This document shows positions 1 to 11,595 of a stretch of DNA of 64,000 nt, in pieces. The position numbers and the translations under genes are program-made. Below the pieces are notes generated by a model, which saw nothing but the letters and a program-made list of their open reading frames with translations, did not search any database and was not told the origin of the DNA. The stretch lies in NCBI GenBank assembly GCA_010093815.1, contig ML996570.1; one strand, 5' to 3'. This DNA comes from Pseudovirgaria hyperparasitica. Taxonomy: Eukaryota. How positions within the stretch are numbered: position 1 is the stretch's first letter; every line of letters starts with the position of its first letter.

Positions 1-361
1 GACCCAATAGTCTCCATCTGTGGCGCTGGCCGAGACTCCCTGCTCATCTCCACAAATAAGCTGCTAAATCGTCGACTAGGCGTACACTCGGGTTAGCCTA
101 TGAAAACAACGCAGTATTCCAACCATTTGTGGAAACGCGCCGTAGGGCTCGATGGAACGAGGCGCATCAACCAAATCCTAAATCCGACATCTTGCAGACC
201 CAGATCCCATCGCACATTCCGGTGGCTTGCGGTTCTCGAGAGTAGTTCATGAGCAGTCATTCTAGCCATGGCCCCTATGATCGCGTCTTTAAAACCTGTT
301 GTGTTCCCGAACAACTGGTCTTGCGATTGACCCTGTAGCCGCTTCAGTGCCCACTTTCAAC

Positions 362-1908
362 ATGGTAGCCATATCAGAACTCTTGATCGTGCTTGCTACA
401 GCCTTGTCTGTCGAAGCCAGCTCCAAATGCTGCGCTGCAGGTTCGCCTACCACATGTCCTTCCACAATTCAAGCTCTGACTATACTAGATAAATGCTTCG
501 CTTCTGCGAAGCTGCCGGCAAAGGCAACGCCAATTGTGTCCGCTTTCTGCCAAAAGTACATTCACAAGACTCCTGGAACGGTCACAGTATGCTACACTTC
601 CCCCTGAACGTCCGGCCACACTGACGAAGCGCATAGGTCACGGTGTCGGCGACAAAGGGATCGACCGTGTCGCCCACTCCTGTTGTCGTGACACAGCCCG
701 GAAACCCAATAACAATCCGGACCACCCCAATTGTGACTTCGGTCTTGACCGTCACCGAGACACAGCAGCAAGTCATCAGCTCCGGTGCCTGCGGTACCAC
801 TGTAACAAGTCCTTATCCAACATCAACCAACTATCGCGTTCGCGGCATCGATCCAGGCTCTCCTAACCAACGTCGCCACGTTCCCGTCATTCCCGATTTC
901 CTTACGTCAAACTGCAATCCAAAGGATTTGCCCGCAAAGGTCAGCAAGGCCTGCTCCTGTTTCCTTACCTCTGCTACCACTACCGTGACTGCAACCCAAA
1001 ACGTGGGCACCACGCTCCCGGCTTCCACTCAAGTCGTCACCGCGCCCGGCACAACCGTTCTGGAGACGGCCAGCGAACTCTCGTCCATCATCACTGTCAC
1101 CCAGACTGCCGTACAGACTCAGACGACCTGTACTGGCGCCTCGACTACCGCGACCGAATACACCGGCGTCTTCTCTTGCGGCGTTCCATCCCCGACGGCA
1201 GGCCAGATTGGCACGCCCACTTGCGCAAACGACAACGTGCCGCCCGGCGAGACCAACAGCCCATTCCGCGTCGAAGGGGCCTCCGAGGGCAACATCTTTG
1301 ATGGCTGCATAGTCAGTGGTCCACGCAACATCACCACTCCTTCTGGAGGCACCCACCTGTGCGATGGCACAAACAACAATGCCAACCCGGCCCCCGGTGC
1401 TACCTTTACCACCGATATCCAGTCTGCCGGCAACCAGGCCGGCTTTGACTTGGACGGCTCCTACAGCAACCAGTTCCAAGACTTCTTCATCACTCGTATC
1501 TCCGCCACCGCGCAGACCGGCAATCAGTTCTGGGGCGTCCTCCGCAACAGGGTCTTTACTGCTCGCGGCGGCTGCCAGGAGCAAGTCTCGCCCGCGGACG
1601 AGGCGCTCTGGGCTTATGACGCCTTTGCACCCAACAGAGTCTTCCTGTCCACCTCTCCCGGCTACCAGGTTGTCCGGCTGGGCGACCAGCAGTCCATCAC
1701 CGTGACGGTGCTCGCCGGTAATCCGAACAGCGGCAACACGATCCCTGCTCAGGGCGCTACCTTTGGAACTGGTACTGTTGCCGGCTCCGACGGCAGTATC
1801 CAGCTTACTGTCCCCAGCCAGCCCGGCTGCTATCTGTACAAGGCGGAGTTGTCCAACGCCATTCGCAGCAACGCGTTCTATTTGTCTGTCTTGCCTGCCT
1901 CTTCTTAG
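362..1908 (+). CDS. Secreted Ser/Thr-rich protein with C-terminal DUF4430 (transcobalamin-like beta domain)
   Basis: ATG 362 with signal-peptide-like MVAISELLIVLATALSVEAS. Intron 587-636 (GTATGC..CTGAC..TAG) joins in frame to ORF 643-1908. Thr-rich linkers; C-terminal GGTHLCDGTN...DFFITRI...FWGVLRN...GGCQ...DEALWAYDAF pattern. Confidence 0.8.
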
Positions 1909-2199
1909 ACGGGCTCCCGTATACTTCCATACTGTCTTTAATATCTTGCTCGATATCACTTCGTGCGTTGAGAATACGATGCTTTACATTTTGACTTGTG
2001 CTCCCTCGTGTCGTGACCCGCCTTGACGAGATATCCGGCCCGTAGCTTTTGAGGTCATGACGATGCGACTTCATCCATATGTACTGCATGTCACACGAAG
2101 GGGCGTGATCACAACGACACAAGACGACGTGCTACGAACCGGCCTCCACAACACCGAGACTGCAAACTCACATACTCACAAACACCATCTACACTGCCC

Positions 2200-2667
2200 C
2201 TACAACATCCACACCCCAGCCCCCGCAACAACCGGAATCAAAGCCCAATGCATCCACACCTTCCCCCTCATAACCCCCATCCTCTCCTCCCTCCCCCTCA
2301 ACGTCTCCCCTTCCACCTCCCCCTCTCCCTCCCCATACCACCCCTCCGGCCGCACCGTCCACCCATCCACCACCCCAACCACACACCCAGTCAACAACAT
2401 CACCCCCAACGCCCTATCCAGCCCCCACACCCCACACAGTATCAGACCCAGGCCAGAGGCAATGTTGCGCGCCCCGACGGCGGGAATGTATGGGTTTTGC
2501 GCCGCGGTCTTGGCTGTCGAGGTCGTCGCTGGGAAGCCGAAACTGAGGCTCCATTGTGCTGGGTTGTGGATTGCGCGCAGGCCCATGGTGCAGCTGAGGA
2601 GGCCGAGGCAGGTGGTTAGGGTGCGAATTGTGGGTTTGGGTGCCGGGAGGAGGGAGTGGGATGGCAT
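2200..2667 (-). CDS. Small integral membrane protein, DUF4267-like
   Basis: 155 aa with about 4 hydrophobic segments and motifs SFGFP, VGARNIASG, VGVVDG, WMHW. Confidence 0.7.
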   Translation of the reverse strand: MPSHSLLPAPKPTIRTLTTCLGLLSCTMGLRAIHNPAQWSLSFGFPATTSTAKTAAQNPYIPAVGARNIASGLGLILCGVWGLDRALGVMLLTGCVVGVVDGWTVRPEGWYGEGEGEVEGETLRGREERMGVMRGKVWMHWALIPVVAGAGVWML

Positions 2668-2899
2668 TTTGCAGGGAGGGGATTTTCTGGGGTTGTGGTT
2701 TTTTTTTGGGTGGTGGTGTGGTATCAGGGGGCTTTTAGAGAATGAATGGTAAGGCTGGGGAATAGGAAATAGGAGACGAGACGACTAGGCTGATTGTGGG
2801 AATATGCCTGCTCCGTATCAATAGTCAGGACCCACCTGCCATTCATGTTCGAAGGAGCTACTGCTGTGCGGTCCCCACTTCCGCACTAGGACTAGTAAC

Positions 2900-3500
2900 C
2901 GGCCAGTTAAATAGCTTCTGTAGTCTCTTACTCTCACTCAATAACGTACAACTAATTCAATCACTAAGTTACACCTCCAACTTCATACTTTCACAACTCT
3001 TAGTTACACTTCCAGAGGCATTGGAAGGAAGCTAGCAACATTAATAGTCTTTCCCAACGCCATTTTAAAATCTATAAGTCTACCGCAATATAATTAATTC
3101 GTACAAGTCTATCTTAGTCGCTACTTATAAGGAAGGTATTAATACTTACTCGTAAGCATTCTGTAAGGTACTCGTGTTTAAATAGAAAAGATAAGCTTAA
3201 TCTATGTCTTGAGAATGTTACTAAGATAGTATAATACTCATCTAATTAGTTGGATTACTCGTGTTAGATTACTTGAATCAGGTAGAATATTTGGCTATAT
3301 ATAGCTTAAGGCCTTATCAGACTGGATTTTAGTAACCTAAGGCCTGATTTATACCCCAAATTCAGCCTTGTATAGATATATCCCCACGTTATCGAATCTA
3401 ATTCAAGCTATTCTCATCCCTTAGTATAAGTTGCAAGCTTAATCCGTACTTCTGAAGTGACTAATTATATATACTATTCTAGGCCTTGCGCTTAAGGGGT
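2900..3500. other. AT-rich, RIP-like degenerate tract
   Basis: TpA/CTAG-rich, CpA/TpG-poor, no long ORF; boundaries approximate. Confidence 0.55.
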
Positions 3501-3649
3501 GTGCACTTGCTTCTTAGTCTCCACGGACCGCAGGTCAATATTCATTGCCTTTAAGTAAGTCGAGCGGAACAGGCAAACCTACAGTGAATACGGGTACCAA
3601 GATACATAGGCAAACTGTCAGGAGCGAGCTTTCGATATCATCCAACGAG

Positions 3650-4060
3650 GCTCGGTTCTGGTACGCGAGGGAAGCCTATAAGAGGTGGCTGAAGATCGGG
3701 TTCTTTCCTGGACTTGCGACTGAAGGAAGTGGATGATACCTACAACCCGACACAAATATGTCGTGAAGTGGCTGTTCATAGGGCCAAGACGCCTCATATC
3801 TTGATATCTATGTAAGTCAGGCAGACTGAGTGCTCCACTTCACTGACTTGTAAAAAAACTCATCATTGAGGGGATATCAGCTGGTGAAGCTTACATGTAT
3901 CACTGGAGGTGACCTAAAGACAGCCATGTCTAAGAGACACATGTATAGTTAATATGTCAATCTGTATCGAGGCTTTCATACGGCATAGGAGTGTGCCGAT
4001 TGGGCGCTTGAAGTCCAATATTCAATCTTACATAAGCAATTTGAGTCAACATACCGTCAC
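3650..4060 (+). pseudogene. Degenerate coding remnant, copy A (paralog of 6000-6420)
   Basis: Reads ...GDLKTAMSKRHMYS*YVNLYRGFHTA*ECADWALEVQYSILHKQFE and aligns by eye to copy B. Confidence 0.55.
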
Positions 4061-4676
4061 TAGATATCAATGATGACTCTTAAGCCATGATCAGCTTTGC
4101 TAACAGTACAGTGCCTGTGTTTCCGAGTTAGCTTTGCATGTTTGGTAAAAGTACTGTCTCAGCGCATGCGCTGTGCTTGTATTATCGTTTAAAATCCCGA
4201 ACACATGGTTACCGTGTGAGAGAGGGAGTACTTAAGAGAGGTTTATTTTAAGTTAGGGGTCTACCATCATAAGCGTCAGGGGGGTCTAGCGAGAGCTGAT
4301 CCAAGTATTACTGCTGGGAATGTGCCTACGTGACCCGGACCTTACATGGTGTCAACGAAGATAAGCTCATGCATACCATGAGCGACCTCGACCTTTATCT
4401 TAAATAAGCAAAACCCCACGGTCTTTATGGATGGCTCCCGAACTTTTCCTCCGTTATGGAAATGTAAAACGCTAGGTCTAAATTAGGAGTAGAAATGGTC
4501 CTTAATTCTTCCCCCTCTCGAGACAAAGAGAAAACAATGAATCTTCAACCCGAACTATACCTCCTTCCTTTATATTATATCTCTAGGGGATATCCCTTCT
4601 TCTAAGATAAGTTAAAGTATATTACTTGATTACTTCTAATACTTCTATAAAACCTAGTATAAACGACTGCCTCGAT

Positions 4677-4955
4677 GTAGTACACACGTTAAAAGGGGTT
4701 CGAACAAGCGAATATCTATCCATCTAGAAAATTAGTGTAGATAACTAGATAACTATCTAGATATAGTATACACGTTAAAAGGAGCTTGAATAAGCGAACG
4801 TCCGTCCTTCTACGAAACTAGTATAGATATCTAGACGACCACCTAGACATAGTATATACGTTTAAAAAGTAGCTTAAATAAGTAAGTATCTATCCTTCCA
4901 TGAAGATAGTATGGATAACTAGATAACTATCTAGACGTAGTACACACGTTAGAAA
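4677..4955. repeat. Minisatellite, 86-88-nt unit, about 3.3 copies, RIP-like divergence
   Basis: Anchor (g/a)tagta(c/t)a(c/t)acgtt at 4677, 4763, 4849, 4937; differences are mostly C/T and G/A. Confidence 0.8.
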
Positions 4956-4964
4956 GAGAAGCGA

Positions 4965-5228
4965 GCGTCCAACTCTTAGACACACTATCTACCAATAACT
5001 AGTTCAATCGATTCGATGCTTAAATAGTACATTCGTCCAAATCTTAGACATATCATCTACTAATAACTGGTCTAATTTGTTCGATGCTTATATAGTACAT
5101 TTTTCTAACCCTTAGACACATTATCCACTAATAACTGGTCTAATTCATTCGATGCTTATATAGCAAAATCGTCTAACCTACCATCTACCAATAACTAGTC
5201 TAATATGTTTTATGTTTAGATAGTAGAT
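4965..5228. repeat. Minisatellite, 68-nt unit, about 4 copies
   Basis: cttagaca at 4975, 5043, 5111; aataact(a/g)gt and ttcgatgctta recur; 4th copy partly deleted. Confidence 0.8.
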
Positions 5229-5999
5229 TTTAAGAATCATGACATTATACCTAACAAGGTTCTATCGCTACATAGTATTACTCCCGGTGTCCGGTAAGAG
5301 TTGGAGGCGATGTCTATGAGCTAACATTTCCTTTACCACTAATTCCCTAGTTTCTTTTTACGCTCAACTTCCTGTACCATCTTTCTACCTTCTACTATGA
5401 TAATGAATACTTCTTATGATCTTACAACCCCTTAAGTCTTTATGGCATATTATTTATATTCATCTAGATATAGTATAGCCTGCCTTCAAGTATAGCAGGT
5501 CTTATAGAAGGGCCAACGACATTAGGAGATCGGTCTATCGGAGTCAACCAAGACACTTTCTAGGGTTAGACCTGCTCGTATACATATACATATGAATATA
5601 AACTTGGAGGTATGGTATCATCACTGAGTTGGGATTAGACCGGATGAACCTACGCGTCAAAGGAAGAGGAGGATATATATTTGTATGATGAGTGTGTTAC
5701 GGAGATCATACAGAGTCGACTGGTGTATCTTAAGAACATAGATACTTCCCAAGCAGTCACATCGCGCACTCTACGTAGAGCTTGTGGTTACTAACAACCT
5801 TATTTCAAGGGGCCACCTAAAAAAGCAAGCATGAGCCCATATTAAGAGTGAGAGAGCCAGGTTTTGTGTCCAACTGAGCAGACAGGTAAAAAATGGAAGA
5901 GTCCAAGTCTGAGGAGTATATTTGAAGACAGAGAGGACTCCTATTAAGCCAATGCTCTCCAAGACCGGAACTTGCCAGGTAAATTGAGGGCCATATAGT

Positions 6000-6420
6000 T
6001 TATAATACATGAGGCAAGTATGAAAGAGGGAGGGCCGGGCCTAAAGATCAAGTTTCTTTCCTATACTTAAAACCAAAAGAAAAAAGGGCTACCTAAAATC
6101 TGACGCAAAGACATGATGATGTGACTAGTTATGTTATAGACCCCAGATGCCCTAAATTCAACATCGATGGTAGTCAGACAAACTGGGCGGTTCCAGCTCA
6201 CTAATTTGAAGGAAACTCATTATACAGGGGCTATTTATTACTAGGCAAACTTACAGGGACTACCGAAGGTGATCTAAAGATACCCATTTCTAAGAGACGC
6301 CTGAATCATCAATATATCAGTCTACATTGAGGTTTTTACACGGCAGGAGGGTGTGGAGATTGTGCACTTGAAGCCTAATACTCAATCTCACACAAGCATT
6401 ACGAGTTGAGAAGCCGTGAG
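6000..6420 (+). pseudogene. Degenerate coding remnant, copy B (paralog of 3650-4060)
   Basis: Reads ...GDLKIPISKRRLNHQYISLH*GFYTAGGCGDCALEA*YSISHKHYE. Confidence 0.55.
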
Positions 6421-8399
6421 AGTCAACCCGGGGAAAAGAAGTGATTCTGACTCGTCTGCTAAGCATACAGTAGCACAAAGAAGCGACTCTTAGAATAAGT
6501 GGTCAGATTGAGGTGGTAGGATAAGCTCATATGGAATGACTCACTTGACTCGGCCACTGTCTCGACACAGTCTACGCGTCAAGAGAGACTACTTAACGAT
6601 ACTTCTAGACTTCAGCAATAGTGTGCAACTCTGGTTGAACACCACGCATCTCTCTCCCCGTTCACAAATTACGAACCGCTGATCAAGCTCATGACGATCT
6701 TGAAAGTCGATGACTCCTTCATACAGTGCACAAGTGGTTCAATGAAACCTTCGACAACTGAATGTTGGTCCTTCCGATAAATCTTCTACTTCACATGAAC
6801 CCTTGTTCAGTGTGTGACTATCTTGTCGACGTACATCAGGCAGGAAACCTACCTTGACTACTCAAGACATTCGCGAACCTCAGCATAGATAATCATCTGG
6901 ACGGCGATTTTAACGCGGTACACATACCTACAATAAATCTTTCTCAAGTACTCCCTCTCCCACATGGTGACCGTGTGTATATTCAACGATAATACAAGCA
7001 CAGTGTACGCCCTGGGACAGCACTTCTACCATAACACGCAAAGCCAACACTCAGACACGTAGGTATAGTACTGCTACTAACAATAAAGCCGATCTTGGTT
7101 AAAGAGTCATCAGCGATATCCAGGGGCGGTATGTTGACTCTATCGAGTGACGCGCAGAATTCCAATTCATAAACTGATGCTGATGTTGATATTGAACACA
7201 TGGATATCCAAATGCACCTTTCTTCGTTGCCCTGAACACAAACTAGACTGGAAACGCCCGTGGACGCTACAAAAATCTCTCTAGATCGTACCCACTCAAG
7301 CATTCTGCGCCATGGAGGCAGAATTCACTTCATTTCTCCGAAGACCACGAGGATAGCAAGGACTGCGAATACCCCTGAGTGAAAATGCGTGGCGCTCAGG
7401 ATTGACAGTTCGTATAACCTATTAGCACAACTAGGCAGAAAAAAAGATCTCAGCTTATATGTTGCCCTCAACAGATCGTATGTGTTATTTATAACAATAA
7501 AACATGTACTTCCTAGAAGCCCTTACCCAATTTTCGCTCGGGTAAAGGATGTGACTTCGTTCTCTCACAGAGGAGCGAGAATGCCTGATGCTCGACTGTT
7601 ACGTCTGGATGCTACGTTTCGAGATGTTCTTGTGACAAAATTTCCGAATTGACCCCGGGATTCGTCCCACACATAGCCTGAAGTACCAATTATCTGTGGC
7701 CCAGAACAGCCAATGAACTGACCATCCGTAAGGTCATGGATCAGCCACCGTCTCCTGTTCATAAGGTTCTTGAGTATATCACCCATCGACTACCCACAAG
7801 CACCGCTAGAGCCAAGGACTTCGGTATGCAGTTCCTATCAAGGGGCTTGGAAGCTCTCCTTGGCCAGGGGTTAAGTGGCGCACTGGGCGCGCGAAGCAAT
7901 CACAACCACTTGTGGACTGGAAGACTGGTAACAATAAGTAAGTTTGCAATTTTAACTACTCTACATTTTCACATAGGTCTGGACTTCTTATAAGCTCCAG
8001 TAAGTACCTATCTCCCTTTCCTACAAGGGTCTGTCTTACTCTCAACCGTACAGTACTGAATTGAAAAGAGGAATGTACAGATCAGGAGGCCTTTCATTGT
8101 GCCACTACCCCCGAACCTTTAAACATATATGACTTCACTCCGCTTCATTCTGTCATATCGAAGTCGTTGGCCGACAGTGAGATCTACTGGGCCAAAGTCT
8201 GGATTCAGTTCAGATTGGTCGCGAGGGCAGGATCTCTAGTTTTGTAAATCAACGTATAGTAAATCTTGATGATGTGAGAATCTGGAGAAGGGCTCTGAGA
8301 CCTGTGGACGTCAAACTGGAGCTACTGCAGGTACTTCGAGTTTCTTCATGGCCTCAAGACGTTCATGGTGCCCGGAACATTTGGGAGATCTCGACACAT

Positions 8400-8690
8400 C
8401 AGTCGCGCTCCATTACGCGATTGCGCTCTACTTTATTACACTCCATTGCAACCAATCGCTTACAAATGTTCACGCCGGTATACGAGCAACCATTCACCAA
8501 CTCCGACCTTGGGATGACCAGCCCCTATGACGTTGTATCCAGCAGACAGAGAATACTGCAATATGGGTCGAAAAGACGATTTCCAAGACTCATACTCCCC
8601 ATTTCTTACCAAAGACTTGTAGCCATTGGGGAGTAGAAGGTGGGGTCCTTCGACCTCTGGAGAACCTGCACAACTGAATATCTAGTTAGC
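8400..8690 (-). pseudogene. Remnant of FAD-linked (VAO/BBE-type) oxidoreductase
   Basis: Minus frame reads LVRNGEYESWKSSFRPILQYSLSAGYNVIGAGHPKVGVGEWLL, like the G..ptVGvgG.llgGG FAD-binding motif, then loses frame and stops. Confidence 0.35.
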
Positions 8691-9084
8691 ACGTGAAATG
8701 TAATGTGATCGTGGAAACTTAACTACTAATGTTCGTGAGAGTCGCAGGATAAATAGGTAAGATTCCGTAGATACAATCTAGATACATTACCTTACGCCAA
8801 TGGGGGTATAAGTAGATGGCGACGTTTATGTATGCAATAGCTGCAAGTTACGAAGTCGGCTAATTTCACGTTGTGTGCGTCGAAGACGCTCAATCCTCTA
8901 AGGAACAGGGAAGAACAAGGCGTGATGAGGAAGCTTGGGAGTGATCTCATTCAATTTGCATTAAAGGCAGTCACGTAGACTTCCTGGATACTGGGGAGTG
9001 AGCAAGAGAGGCCTGTGCGCAAGCTGTATGAATAACTTCAGGTTCATTCCTGCTTCCGATTTTCATTCCTTGGTAACTTTCATC

Positions 9085-11122
9085 ATGGCGGTGAGTACTC
9101 TCACATTCCGGCTCTTATTTGCTGACTCATTGAAATTCGTTGCGGTTTCTGGTGATTTGACGTGAACTGCTATGAACTGACGTGACTGTATGCAGGACGA
9201 ACCAGAGAAGCGAAAGCGTAAGAAGCGCCCTCGTAAGAGGAAGAACAAAACCAATTGTCCAAATCCAGGACGAAAGAGGAGATCGCGAGCCCGCATGGCC
9301 GCAGAAGCTGCGGCTAATCCACCACCGCCACCAAAGTCTGCTGCGGCGGCAGTAGCCTTCGTGGCAAAGACGCCCCGACAAGAGATGCGAGAGCGGTACT
9401 TCGCAAAGCTAGCGGCGGAGGCGGCGGTGGTGGCTGCAGCTGAAGGAGAGGAAGAAGATGAAGAAGAGGACGAAGAGGAAGAAGACGAAGACGAAGACGA
9501 CGAAGATGAAGAGCCCGTACCGAAGAGACGGCGTATCCGCCTCGCGCGGCGGTTCCCTCGTTGGGACCCAGATGACGATGATGAATGGGAGATTGAAGAA
9601 CCCATCAGACATTGTAAGTCAATCCTCACATTTCTTCGAATCTGTCTTCGTCAGCCCTTCCAATATATAGTGTCTGTCATAAATCAATGTGGATTCAATA
9701 TGCAGAGGGTGCACCTCGCATTGACCTCAATTACCGCTTTGTTCTTTCCGCCCACCCGAGGAGGCGTCATTTCATGTATCCATCACAGCTCAACGTGGTT
9801 TCTGGACGATGTGAGATCGACTTGCACTCGTTTCAGTTCAATCTTTGCTCTTTCTGTCCACCTGAGGAAGCATCATTCAATGTATCCATCACAGCTCAAC
9901 GTGGTTTCTGGCTCATACGAGGTTAACTCGGATTGGTTTCAGTTGACCTTGTACACATTCTGTCAACCCGAAGAAGCATCATTCAATGTATCCATCACAG
10001 CTCAACATGGTTTCTGGACAATGTGAGGTCAACTCGCATTACTTTCAGTTGACCTTTTACACATTCTATTAGCCCGAAGAAGCATCGTTCAATGTATCCA
10101 TCGCAGCTCACCTGGCTTCTGGCTGATACGAGGTTAACTCGGATTGGTTTCAGTTGACCTTTTACACATTCTGTTAACCCGAAGAAGCATCATTCAATGT
10201 ATCCATCACAGCTCAACGTGGTTTCTGGACAATGTGAGGTCAACTCGCATTGATCTTACCTCACTCTTCGCTCTTTCTGTCGGTCACATACCAGTGTGAC
10301 AGCGTAGCCCACTCTCTTTAGTCTCTTACTGTCCGTCTCGGGTATCTCTTGAAGGCTTACCCATCGTATCTTGACGTGGTTCTTCTCCGCTCTACATTCG
10401 ATTCGCATTGTACCCTGCATGGCGCGAGGCTGTTTATATCTTACTTAGAAGACTTTGCTGACATCTGAGTAGCTTCTACTTACAAACCACTTGGGGAGTG
10501 GTGTCTTGTTTTCTGGCGAGAGTCAGGAATCAAGGCGGTAAACAGTAAGGGTGACCAAGAGCAGTTGAAGATCAAGCAGAAGGAGTCTCGCGAACTCGCT
10601 GCGAGACTCGCCGCTTTTGGTGGACATACCTGGACCGGAGGGGTCCACACTATCGAGTTTTCCCGATCATCTCATGACGGGTTTGACTTCGATAAGCAGA
10701 AGGGTACATTGCCAAACGTGACCAAAGAGACGCGTAAGTTCTTCGACACCTGCAAGCCCCGCTCCGTCACAGTACTCATTCGGTCCTTTGATGGTCTGGC
10801 GACGTGTGAACTGCCGTTCGAGTCACTGTTGAAGAGGTGGGGTGACAAGATACTGGACCTTGTGTTCCAGTCAGGTGTCGTGAACGAACCGCTTCTGTCG
10901 GTTCCCCACATGATTGGCGCCCTTGGGCTATACTGTATAGCTCCTTACTCGGCCGCGATCTTCAAGGCATATTTTGCTGATCGTACCGGGGTTAGGGTTG
11001 GCGCCGTCGTGCGTCTCCTGTTCGAGCAGCTGAAGGTTCTCGGCGACTCTAAACAGAGAGACCAGACGGGCACCCGGAACAGGAACAAGCTACCAGCCGC
11101 CAATGATCTATGGACCGGTTGA
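9085..11122 (+). CDS. Hypothetical 357-aa protein: basic NLS-like and acidic N-terminus, C-terminal serine-recombinase (resolvase)-like domain
   Basis: Exons 9085-9090, 9196-9613, 10473-11122. Introns GTGAGT..CAG and GTAAGT..GCTGAC..TAG; phases join to 1074 nt in one frame. Motifs LVFWRES (10505-10525) and VTVLIRSFDGLAT. Confidence 0.65.
9660..10285. repeat. Intronic tandem array, 106-nt unit, about 5-6 copies, alternating A/B variants
   Basis: atgtatccatc at 9774, 9880, 9986, 10092, 10197, plus a degenerate copy before 9774. Confidence 0.9.
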
Positions 11123-11595
11123 ACGGTTGTAGTATGGCGGGGCCCTGCATCGTGTCGACGTGAGCTCCAATGATGGTCTTGTGTGTGTTTGTCTTTTAGG
11201 TTCTTCATAGGCAGCTACCTTACAGCACCGACTGGGTCTGGAGCATTTATGCGATGTCCAGTGCAATCAGGCGCGGAGGTCCTATTGCCGGCAGCTACCG
11301 TTATAGCAAGGTTACTGAAGTTGCAGCAGATGGCGGCCGTTGTTAACCTCAAGGTTGAGTGCTTTTTCTCAGCCTCGCCGCGAGGGACGGCCGTCCTCCA
11401 ACATGGCGCCACCTTGCCGTGGGTGTTGGAGCTTATGCCACTGATCTTGAGTTGTCAACCGCTCCTAGATCTCAGGCTAACGAAGAGGGCCATGTCGATA
11501 GAAACCGCTTGCCAACTGGCGATTCTACCGGCTAAACGACTCTGTTGCAACGTAACCTGAATGACTGTTGTCAAATGACTACTGTCAAACCGCGA

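Noticed and set aside
907..1959. Long antisense ORFs (also 21096-21938, 35043-35762, 26624-27205)
   Set aside because: Shadows of real genes caused by codon bias; no independent motifs.
9614..10026. C-terminal half of ORF 9190-10026 as real coding sequence
   Set aside because: It is read-through into the intronic repeat after a GTAAGT donor; the 106-nt unit is not a multiple of 3.
9660..10285. CRISPR-like array
   Set aside because: Whole 106-nt units are homologous with no unique spacers; eukaryotic context and no cas genes.
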